DNA of 64,000 nt from contig CAWEMM010000013.1 of the NCBI GenBank assembly GCA_963810095.1, forward strand, positions 32,001-96,000. The letters run 5' to 3'. The stretch is from an uncultured Chloroflexia bacterium (GTDB lineage Bacteria; Chloroflexota; Anaerolineae; CG2-30-64-16). The position numbers and the translations under genes are program-made. The notes beneath the pieces were generated by a model, which did not search any database, was not told the DNA's origin, and saw only the letters and a list, made by a program, of their open reading frames with translations. This document shows positions 31,997 through 41,926 of the stretch, piece by piece. The first letter of the stretch is position 1; every line of letters starts with the position of its first letter.

Positions 31997-32284
31997 ATGA
32001 GCAATCCGAGTTTGGCGAGGGCAATGAATTACGAGTTCAAGGCGCAAGGGGACGAGAACCGCGAGAAGGTGCACCGCGAGCGGCCCGACGTGGACGACGT
32101 AACGATCACGCCGAGCCAGGCGGAGGGCGACCGTGATACCGTGGAGCGCGACCTGGGCGACCCTGGCGACGACAATTTCGGCCGCGAGGGTGGCGGTCAG
32201 GGTCAGCGCCAGCCCACTCCGAGCCAAGCCGAGGGCGACCGGGCGGAGATCGAGCGCGACCTGCGCGAGAAGAGTAGCGGCTGA
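31997..32284 (+). CDS. Small acidic hydrophilic protein with two 'TPSQAEGDR..(V/I)ERDL' repeats
   Basis: RBS GGAGGA before ATG 31997; internal repeat; co-oriented with the island. Confidence 0.65.
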   Translation: MSNPSLARAMNYEFKAQGDENREKVHRERPDVDDVTITPSQAEGDRDTVERDLGDPGDDNFGREGGGQGQRQPTPSQAEGDRAEIERDLREKSSG

Positions 32285-32297
32285 CAAGCGTGAGATG

Positions 32298-32397
32298 GAA
32301 TAGAACGCAGATTCAACTGATGCAACCGATCTGAACTGATCTCCTTGAAAAAAGATCAGTCTAGATCAGTCTGATCAACTCGATCTGCGTCCTATTC
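32298..32397. repeat. 9-nt-periodic palindromic element, family A, copy 4
   Basis: GAATAGAACGCAGATTCAACTGATGCAACCGATC...GATCAGTCTGATCAACTCGATCTGCGTCCTATTC. Confidence 0.8.
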
Positions 32398-32417
32398 GAC
32401 GTTCAATGAAGGAGTGA

Positions 32418-32879
32418 GTGAGCATGGCAGACCCGATTACCAAGACGATCATTGTGAAGACCGATGCGGCGACGGCCTACAACCTGTGGGCCAATTTCGA
32501 AAACTTCCCGAGCTTCATGAAGTACATCGAACATGTGACCAAGTTGGGCCCCAACATGAGCAAGTGGGAGATGAGCGGGCCGCTCGGCAAGAATGTCGAG
32601 TGGACGGCCGAGACGACGAAGATGGAGCCCAACCGGCGCATCGCGTGGAACACGAAGGACAACGCCAGCACGGTAACGACCAGCGGCGAGGTCATCTTCA
32701 CTCCGCTGGCCGACTTCCAGACCGAAGTCACAGTGACGTTGAAGTACGACCCGCCGGCCGGCGCGCTGGGCGAGGCGGTCGCGAAGATCTTCGCGGATCC
32801 GGCGGGGCGGCTCGATGAGGACCTGAAGAACTTCAAGAACTACGCCGAGGGCCGCCCGACCTCGGGACAGAGGGCGTAG
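32418..32879 (+). CDS. SRPBCC-family protein
   Basis: 'WANFENFPSFM', 'VEWTAE', 'RIAW', 'YDPPAG', 'DLKNFK'. Confidence 0.88.
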   Translation: MSMADPITKTIIVKTDAATAYNLWANFENFPSFMKYIEHVTKLGPNMSKWEMSGPLGKNVEWTAETTKMEPNRRIAWNTKDNASTVTTSGEVIFTPLADFQTEVTVTLKYDPPAGALGEAVAKIFADPAGRLDEDLKNFKNYAEGRPTSGQRA

Positions 32880-32888
32880 AGCAGTGAA

Positions 32889-32919
32889 GGCATGGGGTCG
32901 GGCGACACGACCCCATGCC
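32889..32919 (+). terminator. Hairpin closing the stress island
   Basis: GGCATGGGGTCG-loop-CGACCCCATGCC, 12-bp stem. Confidence 0.6.
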
Positions 32920-33104
32920 ACTTGCGTTCGCAGCCCGTGTTCTTCGCGCGTTTCGTGATCTTCGTGCACCTCCACGTCCTCGCGTTTCAAAACGCATGCC
33001 GTTGCGCGTCATCCTGCATCGGACTCTTGGCGAGCGAGTTGCTCCCGCCTGACCCCCGTGTTACACTGGCATGATAGCCGTTCTCATCGCACCCTGGGGT
33101 TCTC

Positions 33105-36100
33105 ATGTCCAATTCGACGATGCCCTACAACTATCGTCGCTCGTCGCGACCCGCTCCGGGTTGGCTCCGCCGAATAGTGCCTTCCCGTTTCGTGGATACA
33201 GTGGAATTGCCGCGTCCCCTGGGCTGCGGCGCCCCCGACGGCCTGCTCGATCCTGAGTTCAACTACGAGTATGTGATTGCGCTCTCCGACGAGTTCCGGT
33301 TTGTCCACGAGCCCACCGCCTTCCTGGGCGCCGACGTGTTGACGGATCACCGTTGGAGCACCGATTGCTTCGTCGGGCGCGAGCGCGAGGTCCGCCTGCT
33401 GACACAGCGAATTCTCCTCTCCCACGGGGGCGCATTTCTGGTCACCGGCTACCGTGGCGTCGGCAAAACCTCCTTTGTGAATCGCGTTGTCCAGCAGGTC
33501 AAGCTTGCATGCGAATCGGAGTGGGGCCGGCGGCGGTTTGGCTCGCTCGAAGTGGTGGACGTGCACCTGAACCTGGCGCGTGAGGTCACCCCGGGCGAAC
33601 TGATGCACCATGTTATCCGGAGCATGTACAGCAGCCTTGCAGATCGCGGCGTGCTGCCCCTGCTCGACCGGACTACGCGTGAGGCCCTGGTGCTTGCCTT
33701 CCGCCGTACATCCATTAATCTCACGCAGCGCTACATGAGCGCGCACGAACGGTCGATCGGTATCAGCCAGATTGGCATCCCCCTCAAGGGCCTCGCCGCA
33801 CAGGTCGGTCTTACGGACTCGCACTCCAAGGGCGAAGAACTCGACATGGCCTACTTGCCCTTCGACGACAAAGCCGCCGAATATGACCTGATCCAACTGG
33901 CATCGAAAATCTCGCAGGGCTACACGGGACGGTCATCGCTCGCCCGCCGCATTCTTAACGCCATTTCGGGCGTCGAACCCCCGCGCACGGCAGCTTAAAG
34001 TAATTTTCATCTTTGACGAAATGGACAAGGTCGAGGCGGTCGACAAGAAGGACCGTCTGCAAGCCGTCGACGAAATCCTGCGCGTGCTAAAGAACCTGTT
34101 CACGACTTCGGGCCTCACCTTCATCTTTGTCGGCGGGCAGGACCTGCATGAGCGGTGGCGAGACGATCTGGGTCGGGGCGACAGCGTCTACGAGAGTGTG
34201 TTCGCCTATAACCAGTATCTTCCGGCGATGTGGGACGATGTAGGGCGTCTGTGCGGCAATTGGGTCAGCGAATGGGAGGTCGGGGCGAACCGAGACGTAT
34301 ACGACCAGTTCGTTCGGTTCTTGACCTTTCAGGGGCGCGGGCTGCCGCGCGAGCATTTTGCGCGGCTTCAATCAACACGTCCACTGGGGCGAGCGTTCGC
34401 CATTTCTCGCCTTCTCGCCCCTCGAGCGGCGCCGCGTGAAGTTCTTCGCGGGGCTGCAGGCCGCGCTCGATGAACGGGAGAAGGAACTGCTGGGCGAAAC
34501 GTGGGAGGTAGTGCCCGGGGAGAGCATCGACAAAGCGCGCCTCGCGATCTACTACCTGACGGACTGGGTGTTGCAGCGTGGCGAACGGCCCTTTACCGCC
34601 GCGGATCTCGCAACCGCCTGTCGTGGCCTCAGTCCGAAGATCGCGCCGGCCGCAGAGTTGGTCGACGAGGTGGTCGACGGTCTCATTGCCACGCTCCTTG
34701 CCATCAAGTACCTGGAGGAGATCGTTCCACAGCGCGACCAGGAGGTGGTCGTCGCGAGTCCCTCCACGCTGCCCCCGCCGAGAGTATCGCGTTCCTAAGC
34801 CGCGAATCATCGAGATGGGCAGCCCGCTGGATGCTTCCGGTGAAGAGGGAACGGCATGGCAAGAGGGAACCGAGGGCAGGCGTCGTGTCGCACACTACCG
34901 GCTGGGTGACCGCTTGGGGATGGGCGGCATGTCGGAGATTTGGCGCGCGTGGGATGAACGGACCGGCCAGCAGGTCGCCATCAAGCTGCTCAACTTCCCC
35001 GATTCGTCGGCAGCAAGACGCTTCGGCCAGGAGGGCGAACTTCTTTTCAGGCTGCGCCATGACAACATTGTCCGCTGCTACGATTACAGCAACGAGCCAG
35101 GAAAGCAGTACATCGCCATGGAACTGGTCGACGGCTTAACGCTCGGGGAAATGGTCCGCTCGCTCGGCCGGCTGACGTTCGACGAGGCGGTGGCGGTGAT
35201 GCGGCCGGTCCTCAACGCTGTCGCGTACCTACACCGCAACCGCATCGTTCGTCTCGATCTTAAAACCCACAACATTATGATTGATCGCCGTGGAAGGGTT
35301 TGCCTGATCGACTTGGGGATCGCTCGGCGGCTCGATGCAACGGTCACATCGACCGCGATTATCGGCACCCTCTACTACATGGCGCCGGAACAGGCTGAGG
35401 GCAGCCAGGCCGACGGCCGGGCCGATATCTACGCCGCGGGCGTGGTGCTGTATGAGCTGACAACCGGCGCCTTTCCGCATGCCATACCGCCCGAGCTACC
35501 CGACGCCATGCCGCGCCTGCTCGACGCGCTAATACATGGGACTCCGAGGCCCCTAGAGAGCTCAGGGCCGACCTGTCGCCGGCCTTCGAAGCAGTTGTGA
35601 TGAGATGCCTGGCCAAGCGGCCAGACGACAGGTACGAAAGTGCCGAAGAGTTGCTCGGCGCGCTCCCCCGGCCCAGCGGGTCGATCTCGGTGCGCTGGTT
35701 GCCCGGGCACTGGAGCTGCAGCGGAAGCAGAGCGAGCGCGAGAGTGACATAACTGAGCCGCTGGTCTCACGTCACCGGCCGCAGAAGCAGTCGGCTCCCG
35801 TCTCAGCCACAACTGTCTACGTCAGCGGCGACACCGTCCCGCTGGCCCCGCGCCCTGCCTTCAGCGGACCATCATACCAGCCGCCCCCATCAGACATCCC
35901 AACCGAAGTGATCGCACCCGCGGCTCGTGTAGATACGGGTTCGGCGACCGTTATCGTGGCCCCACAGTTGATAGCCCCGTCAGGGGGAGGAGCCGTCCTC
36001 CTGATGACCGCCGGTCCTCGAGTGGGCCAGCTATTCCCCCTGGTCCGGCATGGTGCGACCCGGTTCGGGCGCAGCGCCGAGAACGAGATATCGATCGACA

Positions 36101-36279
36101 GCGAGAAGTGGTCGCGCTATCATGCGCTGATCGAGGAACTGGCCACCGGGTATCAGATCAGCGACCTGAACTCGTTCAACGGCACGCTGGTTAACGGCGA
36201 ACGCGTCACGTCGACGATGCTCTCGAGCGGCGACAGGATCGAGATTGGCGACGTAGTGTTCAAGTTCCGCGCCGCTTAG
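33105..36279 (+). CDS. P-loop NTPase (KAP-like) - Ser/Thr protein kinase - FHA fusion, broken by about five frameshifts (intact gene with sequencing errors, or pseudogene)
   Basis: Walker A 'GYRGVGKT'; Walker B 'VIFIFDEMDK' across the shift at ~33985; kinase 'LGMGGMS/VAIK/DLKTHN/DLG/MAPE/DIYAAG'; FHA 'FGRS...SRYHA...DLNSFNGT'. Confidence 0.78.
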
Positions 36280-36283
36280 CGCT

Positions 36284-37317
36284 TCAGACTGCCTCCACGC
36301 CAAACGTGAGCTCGTACTTCTTGCTCTCCCCCGGCTCGAGTTCGGTCAGAACGCCCTTCGCCCTGGCATCCGCACGTCCTTCCATCGCGCTGGAATTGAC
36401 AGGTTCCACGCCCAGCACGTACGAACCCTGGCCCATCATCTTCCACTGCACGAGGTAGGGCAGCGTGCCGGCGCTGAAGCGCAGCGTAGCCGCCAGCCCG
36501 GCTTCCCGGTTGGCGATGTGAGCCGTGGCGTAGCCGTCGGCTGCCGGCTCCACTTCCATGATGTAAACATGTTCGCTGAAGCCGGCGGTGGGAGGGCGCG
36601 ATCTGCGTATGCTCGCCCAGGTGCTGTTCCGCGAGGGGCGTGCGGGGGATCACCCGCCGCTTGGGGAAGTCGAGCTCGGTCGCCGGGACTGATGAGCGGG
36701 AAACCGAGGTTGAAGTGGTACATGATCATGTGCGGCTGGCGGTTCCAACCCTCGTTCGTCACCTCGTCCTCAATGCGGATCGAAGATGACCCCAGCGCGG
36801 TTCTGATCCGCCGGCGCAGCACCAGGTTCTCGCCGAAGAGACGGGTCTGTCGCACGGTGCCTGTGATCTCGAGCCGGTAGTCGTCGCCGTCCCAATAGGT
36901 CTGGTAGCCCACCTGCTCGGCCGGCAGGTTGCCGACACGCCCGTGCAACCCGAACTCCTCGCCGTTCTCCTCAGAGGGCGAGGCGAACTGGTCGAGCCCA
37001 CACGTGACGAACAGGCCACCCCCGAAGGTGCGCAGCCAGCGCAACCCTTCCGGCTCGTAGAAGGCGCCGTGGGCGAAGCCGCCGGGCGAGTTCCAGGTCA
37101 GCGACTTGCCGTTGAACGTGCAGGGGCCGATGTCAAGACTGCGGCCCGCCAGCACGTCGAAGGTGAGGCCGGATCCGGTCCAAACGTTGAACGCGCGCAC
37201 CCCCGCGCTGCGCCCATCGTCGTAGCTGATCGCACGGATGCCTGCAAGCTGATTCATGCTGCCGGTCAGCTGGCGGAGCTGCTCAGGTGTCCACTGGCGG
37301 CCGAAGAGGGTTGGCAT
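36284..37317 (-). CDS. Aldose 1-epimerase-like protein (DUF4432); frameshift(s) near 36600-36670
   Basis: 'WLRTFGGGLFVTCGL', 'GLHGR', 'MYHFNLGFPL'; C-terminus 'QWKMMGQGSYVLGVEP' in another frame. Confidence 0.85.
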
Positions 37318-37496
37318 AGCGCATCTCCTGGTGTTGAGCGAGAAATGTTAGTGCGCTGTATTGTAGCCCAGACGCCGTTCATTGTGTAGGGCCAGGTGTT
37401 CCCTCGTCCCACCCTAATGCCCGGGGCGCAACCCTACCGGGAGCGCGCCGTATTCACAATTGGTACATCGCACAATCCACGGCGCTGGAGTCATTC

Positions 37497-38771
37497 ATGT
37501 CAACGCAGAAGCCTTCTCCCTGGGTCCGGAAGGGCCTCGTCATCGCCGGCCGGGTGCTTGCTTTCGTTCTGGCCGTGCTTCTTTGTCTTCCCGTGGTCCT
37601 CTTGCCATTTGCGACCGCAGTTCCCGCCTGGATTTCGATCGCGCTCATCTTCGCGGACGTGGCTCTGCTCGTGCTCTTCTTCCGCATCAAGCCGCGGTGG
37701 AAGGGCACAGCCGTTACGCTCGCCGGCGTCCTCGTGCTGGGCGTCGCAGCCGTACTCGTCTCCCAGGCCACCGCCACGACTCCGCCAATCACGGGCGCCG
37801 ACGGCAAACCGTTGCCCGGCAGCATCGCCTCGCTGGAGACGGTCGATCTCAACGGCAGCCGCCAGTGGATTTCCATTCGCGGCAAGGACGCGACCAAGCC
37901 TGTGCTCCTCTTCCTGGCCGGCGGCCCCGGTGGCACCCAGCTTGGCACCGCCCGATTTGCACTTGGCGGCCTGGAGGATCATTTCGTCGTGGTCGATTGG
38001 GAGCAGCCCGGCTCGGGAAAGTCCTTCGACGCGGTCGACCGCTCGACGATGACCCCCGAGCGCTACATTCAGGATGCCCACGCACTTATCATGATGCTGC
38101 GTCAGCGCTTCGGCCAGGACAAGGTCTACGTCCTGGGCGAGTCGTGGGGCAGCGCGTTGGGCATCATGCTCGTGCAGCGCTATCCGGAGCTGTTCCACGC
38201 GTTCGCCGGCACGGGCCAAATGGTCGCGTTTCTGGACACCGACCTGATGTGCTACGACTTTGCGCTCAAGTGGGCACAAGAACGCGGAGACGCCGGCAAG
38301 GTTGCGAAGCTCGTGACGCAGGGCCCGCCGCCCTACTACGGCCCCGGGACAAGCTGGGCTGAAGCCGCCTATCTGCTCGACACGTTCAGCTATATGAACC
38401 AGAACCCGGCCATTGCCGACAACGGCGCGAATACCTTTCGCGACCTCGGTGCGGTCGAGTACGGCCTGTACGACAAGGTGAGCTGGGTGCGCGGCCCGCT
38501 CGAGACCCTCGACGTCGTTTATCCGCAGCTATGGGACGTCGACTTCCGTAAGAGCGCGACCAAGCTGGACGTGCCGGTCTACTTCTTGATCGGCCGCCAC
38601 GACATCAATGCGCCGACGGTCCTCACCGAGCAGTATTACGAGCTGCTGGCCGCGCCCCACAAGCAGATCGTGTGGTTCGAGCACTCGGGGCATACCCCCT
38701 GGGTTTCGGAATCTGCCGCATTTGTGGATGCGATGGTGAGCACGGTGCTTGCCCAGACTCAGAGCCAGTGA
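37497..38771 (+). CDS. Membrane-anchored alpha/beta hydrolase (proline iminopeptidase-like)
   Basis: N-terminal TM helices; 'LAGGPG', nucleophile 'GESWG', 'GRHD', 'FEHSGH'. Confidence 0.85.
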   Translation: MSTQKPSPWVRKGLVIAGRVLAFVLAVLLCLPVVLLPFATAVPAWISIALIFADVALLVLFFRIKPRWKGTAVTLAGVLVLGVAAVLVSQATATTPPITGADGKPLPGSIASLETVDLNGSRQWISIRGKDATKPVLLFLAGGPGGTQLGTARFALGGLEDHFVVVDWEQPGSGKSFDAVDRSTMTPERYIQDAHALIMMLRQRFGQDKVYVLGESWGSALGIMLVQRYPELFHAFAGTGQMVAFLDTDLMCYDFALKWAQERGDAGKVAKLVTQGPPPYYGPGTSWAEAAYLLDTFSYMNQNPAIADNGANTFRDLGAVEYGLYDKVSWVRGPLETLDVVYPQLWDVDFRKSATKLDVPVYFLIGRHDINAPTVLTEQYYELLAAPHKQIVWFEHSGHTPWVSESAAFVDAMVSTVLAQTQSQ

Positions 38772-38787
38772 GACCGGGAAGCAGGCA

Positions 38788-39414
38788 ATGAAGCAATCCG
38801 AGAAGGCTGCTCTGCACGACGCCTACGCAGCGGACTATGACGCCCAGGTGCAAGCCTACGGCTGCCACATCGCCGAGGTGCTGTTCGGACTGTGCTATGC
38901 CACGATCCGCCCCGGCGAGCGCCTGCTCGACGCGGGAACGGGCAGCGGACTCTCTGCCGAGTTGTTCGCCAAGGCCGGCCTGGAGATACACGGAATGGAC
39001 TTCGCCCCGGCGATGCTCGATCTGTGCCGGCGCAAGGGGTTTGCAACAGATCTCCGGCAGCACGACCTGCTGAAAGTCCCGTGGCCGTATCCAGCCGGCC
39101 ACTTCGACCACTTGATCTGCTGCGGCGTGCTGCACTTCATCCCCGACCTGGAGGGCATCGTTGCCGAAGCTGCCCGCCTGATCGTCGACGGGGGACTGTT
39201 TGCCTTCACCACTCGGCTGCCGGCCGCGCCGGTTGCCGCGACGCAGAAGTACGAACGGCAGGAGGCCGGCGAGTTACCGATCTTCTCGCACGAACCCGAG
39301 ACCGTCTGCGCGTTGTTGCTCGCGTGCGGGTTTGCCAAGCGGAAGATGCAGCGCTGTTACGTGGGCGAAGACCTGTTCGCAGTCTGGGTGGCCGAGCGGA
39401 ACGGGCGGGGCTGA
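38788..39414 (+). CDS. Class I SAM-dependent methyltransferase
   Basis: 'LLDAGTGSG', 'GMDFAPAML', 'CGVLHF'. Confidence 0.85.
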   Translation: MKQSEKAALHDAYAADYDAQVQAYGCHIAEVLFGLCYATIRPGERLLDAGTGSGLSAELFAKAGLEIHGMDFAPAMLDLCRRKGFATDLRQHDLLKVPWPYPAGHFDHLICCGVLHFIPDLEGIVAEAARLIVDGGLFAFTTRLPAAPVAATQKYERQEAGELPIFSHEPETVCALLLACGFAKRKMQRCYVGEDLFAVWVAERNGRG

Positions 39415-39446
39415 GCGGCAAAGGCGCCGGCCGGGGTGAGGGCAGC

Positions 39447-39480
39447 AAAACGGCCCGGGCGAAACCGCCCGGGCCGTTTT
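39447..39480. terminator. Bidirectional intrinsic terminator
   Basis: AAAACGGCCCGGGCG-aaac-CGCCCGGGCCGTTTT between convergent genes. Confidence 0.85.
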
Positions 39481-39493
39481 CGTTCCCCTTAGG

Positions 39494-40228
39494 TTATTCA
39501 GCCCGCAGGTACAGGTACGACGGGTTGGTCATGCTCACGAGACACGCGGCCCCTTCGCAGTCAGCCCGGAATTCGACCGGCTGGCCCGCCTTAACCGGCC
39601 AATCCACCGGCCCCATCGGCCCGAAGTCGATCAACTCCTGCGGCACGCCGAGCGTCACGGCCGGCTCGTTCCAGCCCGGCGTCCCGACGAAGAGCGGATT
39701 GACGCCGCTCAGCTGCAGCTCGTAGCCAGGCTGGTTGCCCGGCTCAAAAGGATCGACGTCGGCCGTCGCTGCGACCGAGGCGACGGTGGCTTGTGCAATC
39801 ACCTCAACCGGCGCGAGGCCGGGGTCGCCGGCGGTCAGGTCGACGGACCGCATTTCCACGCCGCCCCACAGGTCCTCGACCTCCAGGGTGTAGAACTGGA
39901 CCGCGGCCGTCGGACATGCCTGCTGCGTGCCTGATGCTGCGACACCCGCGCCATCAAGGAAGACCGACTTTGCATACTGGGTGGCCCAGTGAAGCGTTGT
40001 GCAGCCCCCGGCCTGCAGCGCGTAGCGGTCGGCCCAGAAACGCACCTGTGCGCCCGGGATCTGGACGAGGGGCATGAAGATCTTCACGCCTCCCGCGGAC
40101 GGCGAAATCTGGGCCGGGGGTGAAAGCGGATCTTGAGCAGGGCCCGCGGACGCTGCGGGTGCGAGAACTGCGAGCAACACCAACAGCGCGGCGCATGCGA
40201 CCAGGCCGACACGGCGACTGTTCATCAT
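39494..40228 (-). CDS. Secreted hypothetical protein
   Basis: Signal peptide 'MMNSRRVGLVACAALLVLLAVLAPAASA'; 'KIFMPLV' motif; Ig-like 'CTTLHW' segment; RBS GGAGG. Confidence 0.7.
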   Translation of the reverse strand: MMNSRRVGLVACAALLVLLAVLAPAASAGPAQDPLSPPAQISPSAGGVKIFMPLVQIPGAQVRFWADRYALQAGGCTTLHWATQYAKSVFLDGAGVAASGTQQACPTAAVQFYTLEVEDLWGGVEMRSVDLTAGDPGLAPVEVIAQATVASVAATADVDPFEPGNQPGYELQLSGVNPLFVGTPGWNEPAVTLGVPQELIDFGPMGPVDWPVKAGQPVEFRADCEGAACLVSMTNPSYLYLRAE

Positions 40229-40310
40229 GTTCCTCCAACTAACACAGATATGCCTTGGCAACTTGCCATGGGCGCACATTATCGCACGTGTCGTCCGAGT
40301 TGCGAAATGT

Positions 40311-41732
40311 CTACTTTTGCACCCGGAGCAGGACCTTGCCGCCTTTCTCGCGCACGGGGTATGTCCTCACCGGCGTCTTCGGCGGGGGCCGGCGCACCGA
40401 CCCGTCCTTGACGTCGAATCGTCCATTGTGCTTTGGGCACTCAATGCAGATGCCTTGCAGGAAGCCGTCGGCCAGCGAACCGCTGCCGTGCGTGCACTTC
40501 TCTTCTGTGGCGTACAACTGTCCGATCGACGTCCGGTAGATCGCGTACGCATTCCCGCCGTGCTCGAAGCGCACCGCCTCGCCGGGCACCAGCCCGTCCA
40601 GCTCGGCCACCTCCACCCAGCCCTCCGCATCGGGACGCGCGTTCGAAGTGATGGTCTGCGCGCCGGTGTGCGCGGCGGCCGACTTGGGCGCGGGCAGCAC
40701 CCGTTTCACATAGTAGTCGGCGTCCTTGGACTGGCGGATAATGGCCGGGATGACCTCCCGGTACACGCCGACCAGCCCGTGGTACGCGGGCGGGCAGTCG
40801 TCCTTCATCAGTGCGTGCAGCTTGGCGAGATTGTGGTAGGGCACCATCGGGAACATGTGGTGTTCCACGTGATAGCCCATGTTCCAGTACAGGTAGCGGT
40901 TGAGCGCATTGAGGTAGACCGTGCGGGTGTTGAGCCGGTGGTCGAGCACGTCCTCGGCCAGCCCGGCATGCTGCTGCAGGCCGTAGACGAACTGCAGCCA
41001 GTCCCCGTACAGGTTGGGCAGCCCAATGAACATGAGAGGCAGGATGCTGCGCGTCGCAATTGCCGAGGCGATGACTGCCGCGTAAATGACCAGGTAGATG
41101 CGCGCTCGCAGGTAGACCTTGCCGAATTCCGACTCGGGGATGTAGGTCTGTTCGTCGGCGGTCATGCGGCCCAGCGCGTGGCGGAACACGCTCTGATAGA
41201 AGTTGAAAATGTGGGGGATGTTGATGAATTTGAGCAGGATCTGGGGAATGGAGATGGGGCGCATCGCCCCGATCTCGCGGTCGCGACCGACAATGATCGT
41301 GTCGCTGTGATGCCGGGCATGGCTCCAGCGCCAGACCACCGACTCGCGGATGACCATGAACGATGCGATCTCATACAGCGCGTTGTTCATCCAGTCCGTC
41401 TTGAAGGCGGTCCCGTGCCCCGACTCGTGCCAGCGGGAGTCGGAGACCGACGCGTACAGCACGCCGTAAATTGCAAAGGGCAGCAACGCCCACCAGGTAC
41501 CCCATAGCAGCACACCGGCTGCGCCAAATCCTGCCAGCAGCGCGAACCAGAGCAGCGTGTCACGGATGGCGGGCCCGTCCCGCCGCTGCAGCAGCTCGCG
41601 CATCTTCTCGCGCGGGACCGGCGACGTGTACCATTTCGCGTCGGCCAGACCGCGGGCCACTGCCTGGCCGGCGCGGGGGCCGACCAAGCTATAGTCGGCA
41701 TGGGTTCTGGGGCTGGCGGTCACGGTGGTCAT
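40311..41732 (-). CDS. Fatty-acid-desaturase-family (MocD-like) di-iron enzyme fused to a C-terminal Rieske ferredoxin (MocE-like)
   Basis: His boxes 'HESGH', 'HARHH', 'HVEHH'; Rieske motif 'CTH...CPKH'. Confidence 0.87.
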   Translation of the reverse strand: MTTVTASPRTHADYSLVGPRAGQAVARGLADAKWYTSPVPREKMRELLQRRDGPAIRDTLLWFALLAGFGAAGVLLWGTWWALLPFAIYGVLYASVSDSRWHESGHGTAFKTDWMNNALYEIASFMVIRESVVWRWSHARHHSDTIIVGRDREIGAMRPISIPQILLKFINIPHIFNFYQSVFRHALGRMTADEQTYIPESEFGKVYLRARIYLVIYAAVIASAIATRSILPLMFIGLPNLYGDWLQFVYGLQQHAGLAEDVLDHRLNTRTVYLNALNRYLYWNMGYHVEHHMFPMVPYHNLAKLHALMKDDCPPAYHGLVGVYREVIPAIIRQSKDADYYVKRVLPAPKSAAAHTGAQTITSNARPDAEGWVEVAELDGLVPGEAVRFEHGGNAYAIYRTSIGQLYATEEKCTHGSGSLADGFLQGICIECPKHNGRFDVKDGSVRRPPPKTPVRTYPVREKGGKVLLRVQK

Positions 41733-41926
41733 CGTTGTCCTCCTGAGGGGCGCGGTCGCCTGGGAGACGATCGCGCGCTTTGCTGGCCCCTATATTACAC
41801 CACGGTCGGGCGCGGAGCGTCTCGGAGAATTGGAACCGGGTTCGTGAGGATTGGAACCTGGATGGACGGGATCAGCGGCGCCAGGGGGAGCGCCTCGCAC
41901 GCGCTCCCCCTGGCGCCGTTGGCCAG

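Noticed and set aside
35598-35603. TGA TGA after the kinase ORF as selenocysteine read-through, given selC in the window
   Set aside because: The kinase C-lobe continues in a different frame from ~35555, so a frameshift explains the stop; no SECIS-like context was recognised.
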